Shown here: positions 27,282 to 36,603 of the stretch, in pieces | Layout of the letters: each line of letters starts with the position of its first letter | Numbering within the stretch: the stretch's first letter is position 1 | IMG/VR virus record: IMGVR_UViG_3300028536_000015 | Location: 1-64,000 of that record | Length of the DNA stretch: 64,000 bases | Reading direction: 5' to 3' (one strand) | Source of the DNA: a virus | Notes under the pieces: model-generated | Told to the model about the DNA's origin: nothing | What the model saw: only the letters and a program-made list of their open reading frames with translations | Database searches by the model: none | Program-made: the position numbers and the translations under genes

Positions 27282-27654
27282 CGCATTCTTCCATGATCTG
27301 TTCAGCCCGCATGATCTCCTCTTCGGAGAACTCAACCCTGGTATCGATGATTACGTAAGGCACATATGGGTCCAATGGCTGCGCTACGCCTCCTGAAGTA
27401 TACCCCCCTGATCCCGTTTGAATTAATACACCACCATATGGGTATGGAGTGAGAGTTCCGGTTCCGGCGCCGCCCATGACTGAGTGTGGGTATGATGTTA
27501 GTGTACCCGTTACCACATTAGAGCCAACATTAGAGTTCTGGGGGGAAATCACCCATCCTGGGTTTTGGTTATATTGGGCGCTATAGGCTTGGTTTGAGAC
27601 CGCGATCTGATCTGTGGCTACACTGTAGCCTGGGTGGGTGGTTTTACTTGCCAT
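27262..27654 (-). CDS. Hypothetical protein
   Basis: ATG at 27654 after GAGGAG. Confidence 0.5.
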   Translation of the reverse strand: MASKTTHPGYSVATDQIAVSNQAYSAQYNQNPGWVISPQNSNVGSNVVTGTLTSYPHSVMGGAGTGTLTPYPYGGVLIQTGSGGYTSGGVAQPLDPYVPYVIIDTRVEFSEEEIMRAEQIMEECDAARTP

Positions 27655-27823
27655 AGGCCTGCTCCTCTTCGGTTTCCCTGAAGTTCGCCATGAAGCCGAT
27701 CGCGTTGGCTTCCTCCCGGCGCCTGAGGCGAGGGTTGATATAGCCATCCTCTTGCATTCTGGGAACGGTGTAGCGCTTGATCTCTCGATGCCGGATAGGC
27801 TTTCCAGAGGAATGAGGTCTCAT
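27644..27823 (-). CDS. Hypothetical protein (59 aa)
   Basis: Own translation MRPHSSGKPIRHREIKRY...; ATGA overlap; fills the gap. Confidence 0.45.
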   Translation of the reverse strand: MRPHSSGKPIRHREIKRYTVPRMQEDGYINPRLRRREEANAIGFMANFRETEEEQAYGK

Positions 27824-28206
27824 AGCTGCTTGCCTGTTTTTACGTCGAATAGAGGGTGCGCGGAAGTAATGGAGAGCTTAGGAGGCGATGCATCCGACGC
27901 GCTAGACGGAAACGTATTTTCCAGCGCCGGGCCTCCATTCCCGATCTGATCCATCTGCGCCATGAGCTTGTCGTACTCTTCGATCTTGCTCATGTTCTCG
28001 TGGTTCAGGGCGAGGCGCTGCTCAAATTTATCCATGATCGCCGAGTGCTTGCCAGCGTCCCTCGCCGCCCGGTCCGTAATGCCCTGGGCGCGCTTCATGT
28101 TCTCTACTAGCTTCTGAAGGTCAGAAAGCGCCATCCTGCCAATGCTCTCTATGTCTGCCACGTACAGTAAAAGCATAACGCATAGGAATAGGAAAATCCA
28201 GTCCAT
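27820..28206 (-). CDS. Hypothetical protein
   Basis: Tightly packed ORF; may start at 28134. Confidence 0.55.
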   Translation of the reverse strand: MDWIFLFLCVMLLLYVADIESIGRMALSDLQKLVENMKRAQGITDRAARDAGKHSAIMDKFEQRLALNHENMSKIEEYDKLMAQMDQIGNGGPALENTFPSSASDASPPKLSITSAHPLFDVKTGKQL

Positions 28207-28458
28207 TCATCTTTTCGTCAGATTAGTAATCGGCAGGGACGTTGGCTTCTTCTGCTTGTTTTGATGCGTAATTAGCTTATCCAGCTTGGAGTTAGCTGAT
28301 TTGTACGAAGATTGGATGTCCTTGAGCATATTCGCCATAATCGAGTTATCAATTTTTAATTGATCCATACCTATCCTGAGTTCCATAACAGCGCTGTTCA
28401 GGCGCCAGATCATGAAACCCAGGACAAGGAGCGCAACGGCAAGCAGGGCTTCTTTCAC
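28207..28458 (-). CDS. Membrane-anchored coiled-coil protein
   Basis: N-terminal hydrophobic helix. Confidence 0.55.
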   Translation of the reverse strand: MKEALLAVALLVLGFMIWRLNSAVMELRIGMDQLKIDNSIMANMLKDIQSSYKSANSKLDKLITHQNKQKKPTSLPITNLTKR

Positions 28459-28973
28459 ATCCGGCCCGCCGCCTTGAGCATCCTGACCACCAGCTCGTCA
28501 GGGGACATTCCGGCGATGCGCATTTGATCGACGCTCTTCCTGGAGAAGATGAACTTGTCTACCTTCTGAAGACCCTCTTCCTGCTTGGTCGAGAGACTGG
28601 ATAGGAGCTGAGAAAAGGTTCCGGCATCACCAGACTTGAGCATCTGCTCAAACTCGCTCCGGGTTCCAGGGATGATCGTGTCCAGACTGGGATCGATGAT
28701 GATCTTGACCTCGTGCATTTCGCCTTCATGACGCCACTGAAACGTATGAACCTCGGGAGCGCGTGGAGCCATCTTCTCGACAACAGTCTCCTTGATGAGC
28801 TTGTTACCCTCTTCCGTGAGCTTGCTGATATAGTCTGAGAAGTTGGTTGCTTCTTCCTTCTTGGGTTCTTTGCGTTTCTTGAGTTGCTTCCTGAACTCCA
28901 TCACAATAGCGACGATTACCACCGCCCAGTAGAAGCAGGCGGTGACGTTAAGAAAGATTTCATTGCCGGTCAT
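28455..28973 (-). CDS. Membrane-anchored hypothetical protein
   Basis: GGAGGG RBS; N-terminal TM segment. Confidence 0.6.
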   Translation of the reverse strand: MTGNEIFLNVTACFYWAVVIVAIVMEFRKQLKKRKEPKKEEATNFSDYISKLTEEGNKLIKETVVEKMAPRAPEVHTFQWRHEGEMHEVKIIIDPSLDTIIPGTRSEFEQMLKSGDAGTFSQLLSSLSTKQEEGLQKVDKFIFSRKSVDQMRIAGMSPDELVVRMLKAAGRM

Positions 28974-28977
28974 TTAG

Positions 28978-29361
28978 TTACCCTCCTTCTTTTTCAGATA
29001 TTTCCTTGAGTTCGTTGCCGCCACTCTTGCGGGCGATCATGGATATCTCCTCTCCGTCCTGTCTTTGCTCGTCCATCAGAGCCACGGTGCACGGGAGACA
29101 TACCAGGGTCAGGTTCTTCGGCATATTGTCGCGGAAGAAAATCTTACGATCGCAGAAGCTGCACTTATCGTACTTGATCTGATCAGCCCAGATATCCGGG
29201 ATGTTTCGGATGTTTTCCTCAGTCGCAGGAAGACAGGAGCCGAAGTCAGCGCTACTGATATGAGCATCCATCTCCGTGTCGTCTACTTCCTTCAGAGAGC
29301 CCTCGGCGACCATCTCGTCCAGAATTTCCAAGCTCTTCTTTAGTTTCTTAATATCCATCAT
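28978..29361 (-). CDS. Hypothetical protein with CxxC pairs
   Basis: CSFC ... CLPC. Confidence 0.6.
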   Translation of the reverse strand: MMDIKKLKKSLEILDEMVAEGSLKEVDDTEMDAHISSADFGSCLPATEENIRNIPDIWADQIKYDKCSFCDRKIFFRDNMPKNLTLVCLPCTVALMDEQRQDGEEISMIARKSGGNELKEISEKEGG

Positions 29362-29621
29362 TGTCTTCCCTCCAGTTCATCCATGATTTGCATGGCGCGG
29401 AATGTCTCTTCGTATTCCTTGCAGAGACCTTCTACCCTATCCCGACTTACCTTTTGTTCCCGGTCCCGGTATAGTATTTCTTCCCTCATAGCTTCGAATT
29501 CTACGTAGTTATGTCTCGCTATGTTTTCTTTCTTCATACGCCATGCACTGAACATCATAATCAAACCAACCGACATCATAAAGATGAACACGGTACAAAA
29601 GAGCACAATCAAAACGCTCAT
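29358..29621 (-). CDS. Membrane-anchored hypothetical protein
   Basis: ATGA overlaps; TM N-terminus. Confidence 0.55.
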   Translation of the reverse strand: MSVLIVLFCTVFIFMMSVGLIMMFSAWRMKKENIARHNYVEFEAMREEILYRDREQKVSRDRVEGLCKEYEETFRAMQIMDELEGRQ

Positions 29622-30055
29622 AGCAGGTTCAAGCTCCTCTTGATCGCCATGATATCAGCGCCGAGCTTGCCTTTCGCCAGCTCTTTCACGCGCTCGATAG
29701 AACTGACGATCGTTGAACGGTCACGGCCTCCTAAGCGGGAAGCAATCTGAGGTATCGACAGGCTGGTATGCTGACTGGCAATGTAGGCAATAACATGACG
29801 GGCGCAGACGATCTTCACACCACGACGCGCTGAGATAATATCCAGCATGGACACTTTATAATATTTGCACACTTTCCGAAAGATGTCCTTGAACGTGATG
29901 GACTTCGGATCGATCAGGAAATCATAGTCGTCTTCTTCGATCTGGATCGGTGGGGGCGCAGGCTCTTCCTGAGGGACCAGCTTGGCTGCATCGGCAATCC
30001 TCCCGCGCCGCTCCTTGTGTTCTCTCTGAAGCTTTTGCAGGTACGTCTCGGTCAT
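29618..30055 (-). CDS. Stand-alone DnaA C-terminal (domain IV-like) HTH protein
   Basis: DIISARR ... ARHVIAY ... SIPQIASRLGGRDRSTIV. Confidence 0.8.
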   Translation of the reverse strand: MTETYLQKLQREHKERRGRIADAAKLVPQEEPAPPPIQIEEDDYDFLIDPKSITFKDIFRKVCKYYKVSMLDIISARRGVKIVCARHVIAYIASQHTSLSIPQIASRLGGRDRSTIVSSIERVKELAKGKLGADIMAIKRSLNLL

Positions 30056-30339
30056 TGGATAAACTGCTGTTCGCCCCCTTCGAAGGCCGGCTTGTCGAAG
30101 TTAATCAGCTTGGTGACAACCTCCGTCATCTCCTGAAGGGCTCCGCGTTTATCATCGTTGCAGTCGATGATATAAGCCGCAAGAAATGACAGAGCGCACA
30201 TCACATCTCTTGCGCTCATCCCCTCTACCATCTCGATAAGATTAGCCGTGATCTCTCCGACTTTTTGATCGTCGTCGTGGAACATCTTGCTGACCGACTT
30301 GATGAACTCTGCCCTGTTATTGAAATCGAACTTAGCCAT
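30052..30339 (-). CDS. Hypothetical protein
   Basis: ATG at 30339, MAKFDFNNR. Confidence 0.55.
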   Translation of the reverse strand: MAKFDFNNRAEFIKSVSKMFHDDDQKVGEITANLIEMVEGMSARDVMCALSFLAAYIIDCNDDKRGALQEMTEVVTKLINFDKPAFEGGEQQFIQ

Positions 30340-30812
30340 TGAGTTTCTCCAGACTTCCCACAAAGGTTCCACCGATTTCCGCACCTTTGGTATCAAGTTC
30401 GTTGAACGGCGATAGAAAAACTTCACCACCCTCAGGTCGATTGATGACATACTGGCCCATACGCTTGTCACCCTTGCGGTCTTCAGCAGTAATCTGGGAT
30501 GACTTCGATGCGGTCGGGACATTCGCTAGGCATGACGCCTGACAAGTAATCGTCGCGCCCACGCGTGACACCCCAGGCTTCAGCCATGAAGCCGACGACA
30601 TGAGCATCGACTTCCTTGGCCTTCGCCTGGATGAACTTGAAGAGTTCCTGCTTCTCACCGGGAGTACCCGAAAACTGGGTGATAACGGGAATGATCTCCT
30701 TGTCGCTGACGATGATCCACATCGGCATGACTTCACCATTTTTATCGAAGCAGTCCTTGGAGAATTCAGCCAGATGCTTCAGCATCTCCTCTGCGTTCTT
30801 GATGTCGCTCAT
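30332..30812 (-). pseudogene. Hypothetical gene split by a 1-nt frameshift at about 30497
   Basis: ...PSECPDRIEVI continues as QITAEDRKG... if one C of ATCCCAG is skipped. Confidence 0.55.
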
Positions 30813-31132
30813 TTCAGGTTCTCCTTCATCTTCTCAAAAAAGACCGCACCGGCACCCTTCTGCAAATCTCCGGTGTCCCTTTCGGATACCTTCTCGGAAA
30901 TCTTGGTCGCGGCGGCTAGCATGATCGCAAGCGTCTTCTCGGGATTACTGGAGCAATAGAGCACGTAGGCAAGTCCCAAGGACAGCGCCAAGGCGACATC
31001 GGCTGGCGTCGTGCTGGTCGTGATCATGCTGGACATCTGATCGAGCGCAGTCCTGGCGGATTGCGGGAACTTGCCCATGTATTCCGGATCAAGCGCATCA
31101 TGCATGACCTTCTTCATTTCATCTGATTTCAT
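30809..31132 (-). CDS. Hypothetical protein
   Basis: ATGA overlaps. Confidence 0.6.
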   Translation of the reverse strand: MKSDEMKKVMHDALDPEYMGKFPQSARTALDQMSSMITTSTTPADVALALSLGLAYVLYCSSNPEKTLAIMLAAATKISEKVSERDTGDLQKGAGAVFFEKMKENLK

Positions 31133-31443
31133 TTTCCTTTTCCCTCTTGTACAAGATTTTCATAAAGTTCGATAGATTGCATCGTGTCTTCGTATTCGAA
31201 GGCGGCTCTGTCCATATTGGAATTGGACTTGCCGATCATGCCTTTTTCAAGCGCGAGTATCTCACTGATGATTGCTGCTTGTTGCCCTGGGGTTGGCATA
31301 TTATACAGGTCATTCATCTTCTGATGATACGTATCTTTGCCCCATTCAGTATGAAACAGACTTGAAATAGGTGCAACCGATGAGGAGCCTTTGGCGCCCA
31401 CGTTAATTGAGCCTCTCGTCCTTGGTCGAGCTTGCTTCATCAA
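31129..31443 (-). CDS. Hypothetical protein (start uncertain)
   Basis: Fills the gap in the operon. Confidence 0.4.
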   Translation of the reverse strand: MMKQARPRTRGSINVGAKGSSSVAPISSLFHTEWGKDTYHQKMNDLYNMPTPGQQAAIISEILALEKGMIGKSNSNMDRAAFEYEDTMQSIELYENLVQEGKGK

Positions 31444-31681
31444 GGAAGTCCACGTCCTCAGCGCCGGCTTCGATGATCTGTTCGTAGATGTATTCGGCGA
31501 TCGCCCTGGAGGCGTTGAACAAGCCCTCCTGGCTTTCCTCCTTCATGTCTTCGAGGCACTCGCGAGGAGATTTACCCTTTGGGCGCGCGGTTCCTGTGAG
31601 ACCCTCGACGATCCGGATCGCCATCTCGGCTTGATCCAGCTTGATCGCGATGATCTTCTTCTCTTTGGTTTCCTTGGTCAT
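31403..31681 (-). CDS. Hypothetical protein
   Basis: AGAGGGAAAA RBS. Confidence 0.6.
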   Translation of the reverse strand: MTKETKEKKIIAIKLDQAEMAIRIVEGLTGTARPKGKSPRECLEDMKEESQEGLFNASRAIAEYIYEQIIEAGAEDVDFLDEASSTKDERLN

Positions 31682-31741
31682 TAGCTTTTCCCTCTGAGAC
31701 TAGACGTGGATACTAGACACAGAATGTGGTTATTTAAGGAT

Positions 31742-32077
31742 TTAATATCCCAGTTCTTCTGCAAGATTTGCATATATATCATACTCGGCGTCGTCGGCCG
31801 CGAACTTCTTGCTGAGCTTCTTCAGGCGAAGGGCATGCTTACGACCGGCGGCAAAGCCACTATTCCAAGATGCATGGCGTCCATTTTTCCGGCACGCTTT
31901 CTGAAATTCATCCGAAGTGTAGTAATCGTAACGTGCGATGATATCACCCATGCTGGGCCTATCCAGCATCTTATAGGGATTTTCTTTTGGCATCTTACAG
32001 GGATTGGTCCCGGAGTTATATCCGCGCTGCCAAGCCTTTGATCTAGGAATAGGTTTTCTTGCGGACTTCATCGACAA
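31742..32077 (-). CDS. Hypothetical protein with Rmf-like W-x-x-G-(Y/F) motifs
   Basis: AWQRGY ... NPY ... SWNSGFAAG. Confidence 0.5.
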   Translation of the reverse strand: MSMKSARKPIPRSKAWQRGYNSGTNPCKMPKENPYKMLDRPSMGDIIARYDYYTSDEFQKACRKNGRHASWNSGFAAGRKHALRLKKLSKKFAADDAEYDIYANLAEELGY

Positions 32078-32351
32078 CCCACTGACGGTTCTTTTGCGCG
32101 GCGAGCACTCTTTCGTCGCCAGCTATTTCATGCATCTCACTCGATGTCAGATGACGTAGACCATAGTCTTCGAACGCAGCGATATTGCCGCAATAGACAC
32201 AGACCGAGATATCTCCAGGGACAGGCATGGCATGTTCGGCCGTGGTGCTGGTTGCCATGTCCAAGTCTTTGCCGCAATCAAGGCACTTGATCTCAGTTAT
32301 CTTTGTAGTGTTCCCGACTTTCATATGCCCTCCTATCTTGCTCCAATTCAT
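32043..32351 (-). CDS. Zinc-ribbon-like protein
   Basis: CLDCGK ... PGDISVCVYCG. Confidence 0.6.
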   Translation of the reverse strand: MNWSKIGGHMKVGNTTKITEIKCLDCGKDLDMATSTTAEHAMPVPGDISVCVYCGNIAAFEDYGLRHLTSSEMHEIAGDERVLAAQKNRQWVVDEVRKKTYS

Positions 32352-32487
32352 TGGTCTCTACCAGCCGGCTCTTGATATCTCGTCTTACGGCCTGTCTCTC
32401 GCCTTTCCAGAAAGGTCGTTTGACCCACTTAAGATGCTTCCACCATTCCGGCGATGAGGTCAGAATTCCCTTCTTCTTGGTTGCCAT
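32293..32487 (-). CDS. Small basic hypothetical protein
   Basis: GGAGG RBS; EWWKHL...KRPFWKGER. Confidence 0.55.
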   Translation of the reverse strand: MATKKKGILTSSPEWWKHLKWVKRPFWKGERQAVRRDIKSRLVETNELEQDRRAYESREHYKDN

Positions 32488-32737
32488 TTAGTTCCTCCAT
32501 GATTTCGATAGCGCGCATGGTTTCATCATATCCAGAGCTATCCATAACGAGAGGATAGCAGATATGACCTTCAGCGATATCAAGAGCTTTATTGAGAAAC
32601 ATCGCATCCTCATCGCCTTGTTCAAGGCAGCCGTGTTCTTTAGCTTGGTTCCAAAACTCCAGGTAAATCTTTTGGGCTTGACGCTGTTCTGGTGAGCGAC
32701 GCCAACGAGCAAGGGCATCATCATATAACTTACCCAT
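32429..32737 (-). CDS. Hypothetical protein
   Basis: GAGGAG RBS; YxETxRAxE tail shared with 29358 and 34633 products. Confidence 0.55.
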   Translation of the reverse strand: MGKLYDDALARWRRSPEQRQAQKIYLEFWNQAKEHGCLEQGDEDAMFLNKALDIAEGHICYPLVMDSSGYDETMRAIEIMEELNGNQEEGNSDLIAGMVEAS

Positions 32738-32951
32738 TGGATATCTCCTCGATCAGTTGATTGATCATGTCTTGCTCTTGATCCCATTCGGTCATGCCGC
32801 GAATTTGGGTATCGGCGCATTCCCAACCATGATCCCAACGGCGCCATTTGTGTATAGACCTTGTGCGGCGTGGATTAGCATCACGCGGCTTGCCGTTGTG
32901 GCGAGCGCGGTAGCCATCGTACCACCATCGATTATGTCCCTCGGTCGGCAT
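32730..32951 (-). CDS. Ribosome modulation factor (Rmf)-like protein
   Basis: YDGYRARHNGKPRDANP ... WDHGW. Confidence 0.55.
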   Translation of the reverse strand: MPTEGHNRWWYDGYRARHNGKPRDANPRRTRSIHKWRRWDHGWECADTQIRGMTEWDQEQDMINQLIEEISNG

Positions 32952-32955
32952 GGTC

Positions 32956-33165
32956 TCATCTCAAGAAGTCGTCTATGGCTGCGATCAGGTCCTCGACGTA
33001 GGAGCTGCCCCAGTCTTTCGCGATGGTTCTGGACTTCAGCAGCACGAGGAACTCAGAAAGCATCGCGCGGCTTTTGGCAGTAGGCGAAGTTACCAGCGCA
33101 TGGAAATTAGCCTCGTTGCCTCCAGCGGCGACGTGAGGCATTTGCTGTTTGGCGGGAGTTACCAT
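32956..33165 (-). CDS. Hypothetical protein
   Basis: Packed ORF. Confidence 0.5.
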   Translation of the reverse strand: MVTPAKQQMPHVAAGGNEANFHALVTSPTAKSRAMLSEFLVLLKSRTIAKDWGSSYVEDLIAAIDDFLR

Positions 33166-33773
33166 TGCAGGTCCTTCATTTCGAGTTCAGCTAGACACAC
33201 AAATCTTGTTCCTTCGATGACCGCATCAAAAGACTTATGGTGGTGACCGTAGACCCAGAGTTTTGGTTTATGGACTTCCCAGAGTTTCTGTAAAGAAATT
33301 TGCGTGATGGATTTATCGTCCCAATGGTGCGAGTGCATCATGGGGATAATGCTCAAGGGGCAGTCGTGGGTGACCATGACGGTTGGCTTATAAGAGTTAT
33401 ATCTCGCCATGAGAGTTTCGAACTGCTCGGAAGACAACTCTTCGTTTTTCCACCAGGAGAAGTCTTCGACGCGGTACATATGGTCGATTGAGAACGCGCC
33501 GCCGATAAGCATAACTCCGTCGTCGTAAGTTCCGTCAGGTATCCACTGGGTGTGACGTGCGCAGACATCGGGGTTATCGTGGTTGCCTCGGATAAATCTT
33601 GCGTTGGTTTCGACCATGAGGTCATAAGGCGGGTTTGTTTGGAACTCGCCATGGGGCCAGCGCCGGAACCCGATGCCCATGTCACCGACCTGAATGGTGC
33701 TCGGGGAAGACCTTATGAGTTTCTTATACTGTTGGTACTTTCCATGGACATCGCCGATGAAGGTGGCTTGCAT
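33159..33773 (-). CDS. Calcineurin-like metallophosphoesterase
   Basis: GDVHG, QVGD, RGNHD, VTHDCP and GHHH. Confidence 0.9.
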   Translation of the reverse strand: MQATFIGDVHGKYQQYKKLIRSSPSTIQVGDMGIGFRRWPHGEFQTNPPYDLMVETNARFIRGNHDNPDVCARHTQWIPDGTYDDGVMLIGGAFSIDHMYRVEDFSWWKNEELSSEQFETLMARYNSYKPTVMVTHDCPLSIIPMMHSHHWDDKSITQISLQKLWEVHKPKLWVYGHHHKSFDAVIEGTRFVCLAELEMKDLQW

Positions 33774-33781
33774 GGTAGTCC

Positions 33782-34651
33782 CTAGAGGATGGGGCGTTGG
33801 AAGAGATAAGGTTCTTTGGGGATGACGAGGTTGGCGCGTTGGGTCAGGGGCTTGGCGAGGATTTCCATGGGAAGTAGTTTTTCTTGGGAGACCAAGAAAC
33901 TCTCACCCAAGAGTTTGCGCAGCTTGGTGGGGTCGCTGGTGCCGTGGGTCTGGATCAGATGGCGCATGGTGAGATATCGGCTGTTGAAGTACATGTAGTG
34001 GGTTCCTTCTTCGAGCGCGAAGGGTTTGAAACCAGCACCAATGAAGGAGCCTCCGCTGAAACCCAGGTTGGGGTTGATGAACGTGAATAGGATTTTTGTA
34101 GAAAAGTTTTTTATGAGATGACTTGAAAGGCGTTTGGTAAAGTGACTGAAGGTATTTGCGGGAGCCCATCGGAACGCAAAGAAGCGCGTGTAGGTGAAGG
34201 CTTCTGCTGGAACTATTTTATCTTTGATCTTGTCTATGACGTGAGCGAGATCACACAGAGCTACACTACCGATGCAGACGATCTTGCCGCTGGTTTTATC
34301 GAGGTAGCCAAAATGGAACCCGGGTCGATAGGACCCAATATAGTGGAAGTTTTCGTGGAGTTTTTTTGCTATGGTTTCATCTAACTTAATGAACTCCAGA
34401 TGGTCGAGGGTCAGTTCAGTTCGCGGGGGTGCTAGGTGATGCGCATAGTTCTTGGTTCGTGCTTGCAGCAAAGCCGCTAGGCGGAACATCTCGTCTCTGA
34501 AATCGCCTGGGCCGGGGACCCCGCCATCGGCAGAAAGACGGGGGATGTGGAGTAAGGTTTGGGAACGCAGCGCAAGAGGATCGATATTGTGCATTGCGGC
34601 ACATTCGTCTACCTCGTGCTGATCTAAGACAGTCATAACAGTTCCTCCCAC
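33782..34651 (-). CDS. Mom-like (GNAT-fold) DNA modification protein
   Basis: HYIG ... TRFFAF ... PANTFS ... TFINPNLGFSGGSF pattern resembles the Mom family. Confidence 0.5.
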   Translation of the reverse strand: MGGTVMTVLDQHEVDECAAMHNIDPLALRSQTLLHIPRLSADGGVPGPGDFRDEMFRLAALLQARTKNYAHHLAPPRTELTLDHLEFIKLDETIAKKLHENFHYIGSYRPGFHFGYLDKTSGKIVCIGSVALCDLAHVIDKIKDKIVPAEAFTYTRFFAFRWAPANTFSHFTKRLSSHLIKNFSTKILFTFINPNLGFSGGSFIGAGFKPFALEEGTHYMYFNSRYLTMRHLIQTHGTSDPTKLRKLLGESFLVSQEKLLPMEILAKPLTQRANLVIPKEPYLFQRPIL

Positions 34652-34893
34652 AGTTCCATGGCGCGCAATGTCTCCTGATACTCATCTGCTGCCTCCCTGA
34701 ATACGTCCTTCCCCACTCCTAGATGCTCGTTATAACAGTGCCAGAGCAGCTCGTGGTTGAGCCTGTCATACCATTCAGTCGTGTCCTTAAGCTCTTGGAA
34801 CCTCTGAAAAATAGCGGTGTGATCCAGAAGCGGCAGCGCCAGGATCAAGTTGTAAATCTCTTCAAACGCCGCGCTCTCAGATGTTCGTGACAT
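34633..34893 (-). CDS. Hypothetical protein
   Basis: AGAGGGAA RBS. Confidence 0.55.
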   Translation of the reverse strand: MSRTSESAAFEEIYNLILALPLLDHTAIFQRFQELKDTTEWYDRLNHELLWHCYNEHLGVGKDVFREAADEYQETLRAMELWEELL

Positions 34894-34937
34894 CAGGGTT
34901 CCCTCTCATAGGATTGTGGCACAATAAGGGTGAGTGG

Positions 34938-35198
34938 TCATTCATCCAAAAATCTGATACTCTCATCGTCAATCACAACCGGACACACTGCGGGTTTCAA
35001 TCGGGTTTTCTTCCGCAATCGATACGCCTTCATGTAAGCCGCCCTTGCCCGCTTCCGCGATGGCTTCGGGAAACTCCCGTCCGCAAGCCGGTCCAGGAAC
35101 TCCTGGCATAGCCGCTTGATCCTGGGGACTAAGCTAGTATCCCTGAAGAACTCAGCCTCTCTCCTAATCTCTTCATTCGTCATTCTGTAACCCATCAC
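34938..35198 (-). CDS. Basic hypothetical protein, first gene of the leftward operon
   Basis: RAAYMKAYR motif. Confidence 0.5.
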   Translation of the reverse strand: MMGYRMTNEEIRREAEFFRDTSLVPRIKRLCQEFLDRLADGSFPKPSRKRARAAYMKAYRLRKKTRLKPAVCPVVIDDESIRFLDE

Positions 35199-35442
35199 TC
35201 ATGTTGCTGTAGCCAGTTACATATCGTCTGGCGCAGGTACAACAAGGGTTCAATAGAATTTTTTATAAAGAGTCGGGAGACCAAAGAAGTCTCAGACCCC
35301 GCCGGCCCTTTCCCTAGCGGCCCTGCCCCCGGCCTGGGTCCCTTTCCCATATCATACTACCTCACCCTATAGCCCTAGGGGCGCCCCAGTGCATAGGCAC
35401 ATCACACATGCAAGCCATTGATATCATTGATGTATCGCAACG

Positions 35443-35470
35443 TAGTTCCATAATAGATGTTATGCGAACT
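35443..35470 (-). other. dif-like XerC/XerD recombination site
   Basis: AGTTCGCATAA-CATCTA-TTATGGAACTA, 11-6-11 architecture. Confidence 0.8.
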
Positions 35471-35742
35471 GTGATGTGGACACGTGTGGGTGCGTGGAGA
35501 TGGGGAAGAGCGCGGACAGACTACGTATTGCCCTATCTTCCTGCTCGATAGTCTTGGATATCTTATCTGTGCCTAGGGAGGCACGAGAGAGCGGGACAAC
35601 AGGTCTTATGCATCTATTGTGCATCTCTAGCACACCCTCTGTAGGGGCTTTGCAGGGGTAGGTGTGCGGGGAAAATGTTGCGCTGGGGTCTAAGCTCGGG
35701 AGAGCGTTGCGCGCCCTGGTGCGCCTGGAGACATGCACAAAT

Positions 35743-35889
35743 GCATTGCTGCTATGCGTCAGGCAATTATACCCGGATAGCTTAGCAGCTCTGGTGACTG
35801 TGAACATTGTTCACTCATAGCTCCTATGCAATTATGCATGGATTGCTTGCACTTAGCAAGAGCTATGTTTGTTTGCATACCTGCTATGC
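35743..35889. promoter_or_regulatory. Three GCAT-N7-ATGC operator-like boxes
   Basis: At 35743-35757, 35815-35829 and 35875-35889; a perfect copy lies at 48738-48752. Confidence 0.45.
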
Positions 35890-35919
35890 GTTTGCCCCAC
35901 TAACCCAATTTGTACAAAG

Positions 35920-36450
35920 GCGTATGTACATCGGGTGAGGCGAGGGCTTGGTGCTCTCGCGGAGATACCCGATACCCTTGGATTGAGCCTCCCGCCTGAT
36001 TGGCGCGGGACACCAGCGAGGTGCAGCTAGCACCATATCGCGGCCAAGTGGCGAACTATAAGCCACAGCGCTCCAGCCCTTACGGTTTCGCACTTGCGAT
36101 AACCCTGGCGACACTAGCGACCAACAGTCCGTTAGTGACTGTGTTAGAGTAGGGGCATGTTCTACATGCTGGCGAGGGCTTTCGAGCTAGTAGCCAACCG
36201 AGGGTAGCACGGCGGGACCGAAAATCGGGTAGCACTCCATTGCGAGTGTGTGGCGCGGCCACAATACCTAAAAGTCCTCTCAAGGCAGCGCCTCTCGACC
36301 GTGGCCTATTCCTTGAGATGATACCAAGTTTTGCATTGCACTTAACATGGTCACAATGAGCTTGGAACGCAGGCTAGCGCTTGCGAAAGGTAAACAGCCG
36401 CTTCTCACGAGCCTGACGCTTTCGCCGCACTGCTGGCGCTTACAAGCTCT
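35920..36450 (+). ncRNA. Candidate large structured RNA (strand uncertain)
   Basis: No credible ORF; about ten consecutive stem-loops. Confidence 0.35.
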
Positions 36451-36603
36451 TCCCTTTTCCTCTTAGACTACCGCTAATGTTACCTAGTGGGGCTAGCTCG
36501 GAACTACATTCCAGGCTGGCCTTACTGCGAAGCATTACGCTTCAGACATGAGAAAGCAAGAAAATGCATTCTCATGCTTTTTCTTGAGAGGGAAAACTAT
36601 ACC

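Noticed and set aside
35270-35400. Possible genome terminus or pac/cos site
   Set aside because: C-rich tracts are suggestive, but nothing in the sequence alone establishes an end.
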